Shown: in pieces, positions 29,292 through 32,208 of the stretch
How the letters are laid out: every line of letters begins with the position of its first letter
Numbering within the stretch: the first letter of the stretch is position 1
Assembly: GCA_022772105.1 (NCBI GenBank)
Contig: JALFBO010000004.1
Coordinates: 1 to 32,208 of the forward strand
DNA length: 32,208 nucleotides
Direction of reading: 5' to 3'
Source: Erysipelotrichaceae bacterium
Lineage (GTDB): Bacteria; Bacillota_I; Bacilli_A; RFN20; CAG-449
Notes under the pieces: generated by a model
What the model was told of the DNA's origin: nothing
Database searches by the model: none
What the model saw: only the letters and a program-made list of their open reading frames with translations
Translations under genes and position numbers: made by a program

Positions 29292-30224
29292 ATGGGAAAT
29301 AAATTCTTAAGATTATTTTTAATAGTGATTTCATCTTTTGCTGCTTCTGTTGGACTGGCGTCATGTGGTAATACATATACTCCTAGTTATGATAATTTAT
29401 CTTTTACAGTCATTAGTGAAGAAGAAAAAATTTGTGAAGTAAACGGATATAAGAAGTATTATAACGATGAAAGAGATAATAATATTTACATTCCTAAAAT
29501 GTGGAATGACTACAAAGTAACATCAATTGGCGAATCTGCTTTCTTTGGTTGCGAATCTTTAAGTTCAATCATGATACCAAATAGTGTAACCTCAATTGGC
29601 GGCTCTGCTTTCAGGAAATGTACCTCTTTAAGTTCAATCTCAATTCCAAAAAGTGTAACCTCAATTGGATTCGGTGCTTTCCTTGATTGTACCTCCTTAA
29701 GTTCAATCGTGATACCAAATAGTGTAACCTCTCTTGGCGGTTATGTTTTCCATGACTGTGCCTCCTTAAGTTCAGTAAAAATAGGAAATGGTGTAACCTC
29801 AATTGGAGACGATACTTTTTATGGATGCAGCTCTTTAAGTTCAATCGTGATACCAGGTAGTGTAACCTCAATTGGCGAAAGTGCTTTCAATCTTTGTACC
29901 TCCTTAAGTTCAATCGTGATACCAGATAGTGTAATCTCAATAGACCGCGCTGCTTTCCAAAGATGTTCCTCTTTAAGTTCAGTAACAATAGGAAATGGTG
30001 TAACCTCTCTTGGCGAGCTTGCTTTCTCTTTTTGTCCATCCTTAAGTTCAATCGTGATACCAGATAGTGTAACCTCAATAGGCAGCTCTGTTTTCTATAG
30101 TAGTAAGTCCTTAAGTGATGTATACTATATTGGTTCAGAAGAACAATGGAATGCTATTAGTATTGATTCGACTAATGATGAATTAAATTCTGCTACTATC
30201 CACTATAACTATGTAGGTAAGTAA
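29292..30224 (+). CDS. BspA-type (LRR_5/TpLRR) leucine-rich repeat lipoprotein, 9 repeats
   Basis: Lipobox LASC; 23-aa repeats VTSIGxxAFxxCxSLSSIVIPDS; C-cap VYYIGSEEQW..I.....L.SATIHYN. Confidence 0.93.
   Translation: MGNKFLRLFLIVISSFAASVGLASCGNTYTPSYDNLSFTVISEEEKICEVNGYKKYYNDERDNNIYIPKMWNDYKVTSIGESAFFGCESLSSIMIPNSVTSIGGSAFRKCTSLSSISIPKSVTSIGFGAFLDCTSLSSIVIPNSVTSLGGYVFHDCASLSSVKIGNGVTSIGDDTFYGCSSLSSIVIPGSVTSIGESAFNLCTSLSSIVIPDSVISIDRAAFQRCSSLSSVTIGNGVTSLGELAFSFCPSLSSIVIPDSVTSIGSSVFYSSKSLSDVYYIGSEEQWNAISIDSTNDELNSATIHYNYVGK
29517..30116 (+). repeat. Nine tandem 69-bp coding repeats (last one partial)
   Basis: Units start at 29517, 29586, 29655, 29724, 29793, 29862, 29931, 30000 and 30069; framework GTAACCTCAATTGG...GCTTTC...TGT...TTAAGTTCAATCGTGATACCA. 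Confidence 0.95.
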
Positions 30225-30232
30225 CTAATCTT

Positions 30233-30289
30233 TTATAAAAAGATGTTATCATCTTCAATTCCAAGTAATTTTATTATAAAATTGTACAT
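30233..30289 (-). pseudogene. N-terminal remnant of a probable ISL3-family transposase
   Basis: AGAAAGGAG RBS then MYNFIIKLLGIEDDNIFL*, about 170 bp inside the IR at 30456; resembles the KLLxIxDxNI start of Firmicutes ISL3 transposases (recalled, not searched). Confidence 0.6.
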
Positions 30290-30615
30290 GTATATGACTC
30301 CTTTCTTTGCTTATTTTTAGACAACTTAATTATAAGAAAAGTCATATACTTTTTTAATGGAAAAAACAAAATAAAAACTTATCAAACAAGTGGGGGATTA
30401 TTTTGACCCCAAAAATTTGATAAGCGAAGCGTTCCCCAATTTCATTTAGAGAAACCTAAAAATAAATAATGTTCATGCATTATTTTAATATAAATTTATT
30501 TTGTCTTTCATACAAATTGGATTGAAGGAGCGAATATAAAGGTGTAACATAATATTAGTCAATGAAATTGAGACATTTATCATGCTTATTTTATTTATGA
30601 AAGGAATATAAGAAA

Positions 30616-31515
30616 ATGGTTAATAAATTATTAAGATTATTTTTAATAGTGATATCATCTTTTACTGCTTCTGTTGGAATGGCGTCATGTAGTGTAAATA
30701 ATATGTTTCATAGACATAAATATAATAAACAAGTAATAATAGATGAATATAAAGCAAGTGATGCAGATTGTGAACATGCTGGAACATATTATTACTCTTG
30801 TAGTTGTGGCAAACTTGGGACAGAAACATTTGAATATGGAGAACCATTAGGACATAATTGGTGTTATGAATATTTTCAAACATTAGAAGGAGAATTTTAT
30901 CAAATCGTAACTTGTTTTAGATGTGATGAAAAAGAAAAAAGAACCATTCAAAGTGTTAATAATTTATCATTTGCAGTCATTAGTGAAGAAGAAAAAACTT
31001 GTGAAGTAATCGGATATAGGAAGTATTATAACGATGAAAGAGATAATTATATTTGCATTCCTAAAATGTGGAATGACTACAAAGTAACCTCAATTGGCGA
31101 CTTTGCTTTCGAGTTGTGCTCCTCCTTAAGATCAATCGTGATACCAGATAGTGTAACCTCAATTGGAAAATGTGCTTTCGAGTGTTGCTCCTCCTTAAGA
31201 TCAATCGTGATACCAGATAGTGTAACCTCAATTGGCAACTCTGCTTTCTGGTGTTGTTCCTCCTTAAGTTCAATCGAGATACCAGATAGTGTAACTTCAA
31301 TTGGCAACTATGCTTTCTATTATTGTCGCTCCTTAAGATCAGTAACAATAGGAAATAGTGTAACCTCAATTGGCAGAGGTGCTTTCTATGAGTGTACCTC
31401 CTTAAGTGATGTGTACTATATTGGTTCAGAAGAACAATGGAATGATATCAGTATTGGTTCTAGTAATGATAGATTAAAATCTGCTACTATCCACTATAAC
31501 TATGTAGGTAAGTAA
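30616..31515 (+). CDS. BspA-type LRR lipoprotein, 5 repeats, with an extra Cys/His-rich N-terminal module
   Basis: Lipobox MASC; ADCEHAGTYYYSCSCG...PLGHNW...CFRC; same N-cap and C-cap as gene 1. Confidence 0.92.
   Translation: MVNKLLRLFLIVISSFTASVGMASCSVNNMFHRHKYNKQVIIDEYKASDADCEHAGTYYYSCSCGKLGTETFEYGEPLGHNWCYEYFQTLEGEFYQIVTCFRCDEKEKRTIQSVNNLSFAVISEEEKTCEVIGYRKYYNDERDNYICIPKMWNDYKVTSIGDFAFELCSSLRSIVIPDSVTSIGKCAFECCSSLRSIVIPDSVTSIGNSAFWCCSSLSSIEIPDSVTSIGNYAFYYCRSLRSVTIGNSVTSIGRGAFYECTSLSDVYYIGSEEQWNDISIGSSNDRLKSATIHYNYVGK
31084..31407 (+). repeat. Five tandem 69-bp coding repeats (last one partial)
   Basis: Units start at 31084, 31153, 31222, 31291 and 31360. Confidence 0.95.
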
Positions 31516-31580
31516 CTAATCTTTAATAAAAAGATGTTATTATCTTCAATTCCAAGTAATTGTATTATAATATTGTATAT
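31500..31580 (-). pseudogene. Second transposase N-terminal remnant with start codon changed to ATA
   Basis: Same RBS, then (I)YNIIIQLLGIEDNNIFLLKISYLPT*. Confidence 0.5.
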
Positions 31581-31745
31581 GTATATGACTCCTTTCTTTG
31601 CTTATTTTTAGACAACTTAATTATAAGAAAAGTCATATACTTTTTTAATGGAAAAAACAAAATTAAAAACTTATCAAACTAGGGGGATTATTTTGACCCC
31701 CAAAAATTTGATAAGTAAACGCTCCCTAATTTTATTTTAAGAACC

Positions 31746-31753
31746 TATGTTTT
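31746..31753 (+). repeat. 8-bp target-site duplication, right
   Basis: TATGTTTT directly after GAACC. Confidence 0.85.
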
Positions 31754-31818
31754 AAAAGGCGTGCCTATTTTTTTATTTTCGTTTTTGGTGTATTATAATA
31801 AAGAAAGGTGAAAAATAT

Positions 31819-32208
31819 ATGTTATATAAAATTTCTCAAGAAGTACAACAAGCATTAAAAGAAAATAAACCGGTAATTGCCCTAGAATCAACAATTATTT
31901 CTCATGGGATGCCTTATCCACAAAACGTGGAAACAGCATTAAAAGTGGAACAAATAATTAGAGATAATGGATGTATTCCTGCAACGATTGGAATTATTGA
32001 AGGAACTCCAATTATTGGAATGAGTAAAGATGAAATTGAATTATTTGGAAAAACTCCTGGTATTTTAAAAGCATCAAGAAGAGATCTCCCAGTTATTATG
32101 GCTAAAAAATTATGGGGAGCAACAACTGTGGCAACCACTATGATTCTTGCTTCTATCGCGGGAATAGAAGTCTTTGTTACAGGTGGAATTGGAGGAGTTC
32201 ATAAGGGA
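31819..32208 (+). CDS. psuG: Pseudouridine-5'-phosphate glycosidase (partial; runs off the window; not in the ORF track)
   Basis: Manual translation MLYKISQEVQQALKENKPVIALESTIISHGMPYPQN...SRRDLP...GATTVATTM...FVTGGIGGVHKG; AGAAAGGTG RBS. Confidence 0.95.
   Translation, partial: MLYKISQEVQQALKENKPVIALESTIISHGMPYPQNVETALKVEQIIRDNGCIPATIGIIEGTPIIGMSKDEIELFGKTPGILKASRRDLPVIMAKKLWGATTVATTMILASIAGIEVFVTGGIGGVHKG

Larger units (their letters stand above)
29133..30456 (+). repeat. Cassette unit 1 of a tandem duplication
   Basis: Starts TAAAAATAAATAATG and ends in an IR; upstream and downstream non-coding parts are highly similar to 30457-31745. Confidence 0.9.
29007..31745 (-). mobile_element. Non-autonomous ISL3-like mobile cassette carrying two LRR lipoprotein genes
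   Basis: Terminal IRs GGTTCTCTAAATAAAATTGGGGA (29007-29029) and TCCCTAATTTTATTTTAAGAACC (31723-31745) match at 20/23. A third IR lies at 30432-30456. 8-bp TSD present. Minus-strand remnants resemble ISL3 transposase N-termini; there is no full transposase. Confidence 0.82.
30457..31745 (+). repeat. Cassette unit 2 of the tandem duplication
   Basis: Same leader, gene ends, trailer and IR as unit 1. Confidence 0.9.

Noticed and set aside
30233-30289. Type I toxin-antitoxin peptide with sequestered RBS
   Set aside because: The peptide has an acidic EDD core rather than a TM helix, the second copy has lost its ATG, and its position inside an IR fits a transposase stub.
29611-31369. Minus-strand repetitive ORFs (29611-29871, 29887-30078, 31061-31369, 31077-31307) and 30662-30883
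   Set aside because: Shadow frames of the LRR genes; no RBS or independent motif.
29517-31407. Regular repeats with variable inserts as a CRISPR array
   Set aside because: The period is 69 bp, in frame and encodes LRR units; variable parts are only a few codons; no cas genes.
29292-31515. A complete diversity-generating retroelement in this window
   Set aside because: No reverse transcriptase and no non-coding template differing only at adenines; kept only as a remote possibility.
29007-31745. Integron cassette array with attC sites
   Set aside because: No integrase and no GTTRRRY/RYYYAAC core pairs seen; the IRs and 8-bp TSD fit an IS-derived element better.
31914-32138. 74-aa minus-strand ORF
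   Set aside because: Antisense to the clearly recognisable psuG.
1-32208. Mycoplasma genetic code (TGA=Trp), and tRNA/rRNA genes
   Set aside because: TGA ends alaS and truB at the expected lengths and Trp is TGG; no tRNA cloverleaf or rRNA-like sequence was seen in the intergenic regions.

Overview
AT-rich chromosomal window from a low-GC Firmicutes/Bacilli-type genome. It looks like a Mollicutes-related gut lineage (inference), but uses standard code 11, since TGA terminates alaS and truB. The backbone is housekeeping: proS, dapA, T-box-alaS-ruvX-DUF1292, holA, ttcA-like, truB-ribF, rpsO, pnp and the 5' part of psuG. It also holds a hybrid histidine kinase/Hpt pair, a VanZ-Ig fusion, a CNNM/HlyC protein and a pullulanase plus starch-binding lipoprotein pair. 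Two mobile elements are visible in the DNA. (1) An IS30-family IS (~8149-9845) has 41-bp inverted repeats, an unusually long 15-16-bp target duplication, and a transposase split at an A_AAA_AAG -1 slippery site. (2) The most interesting feature is not shown by the ORF track: a 2.74-kb transposase-less ISL3-like mobile cassette (29007-31745). It has GGTTC...GAACC ends and an 8-bp TATGTTTT target duplication, and it sits inside the pullulanase-operon terminator. It carries two tandem, self-contained BspA-type LRR lipoprotein genes. Their 69-bp repeat units have a near-constant DNA framework with hypervariable codons, suggesting a mobile, diversifying surface-receptor cassette system. All calls come from reading the sequence by eye; no database searches were run.
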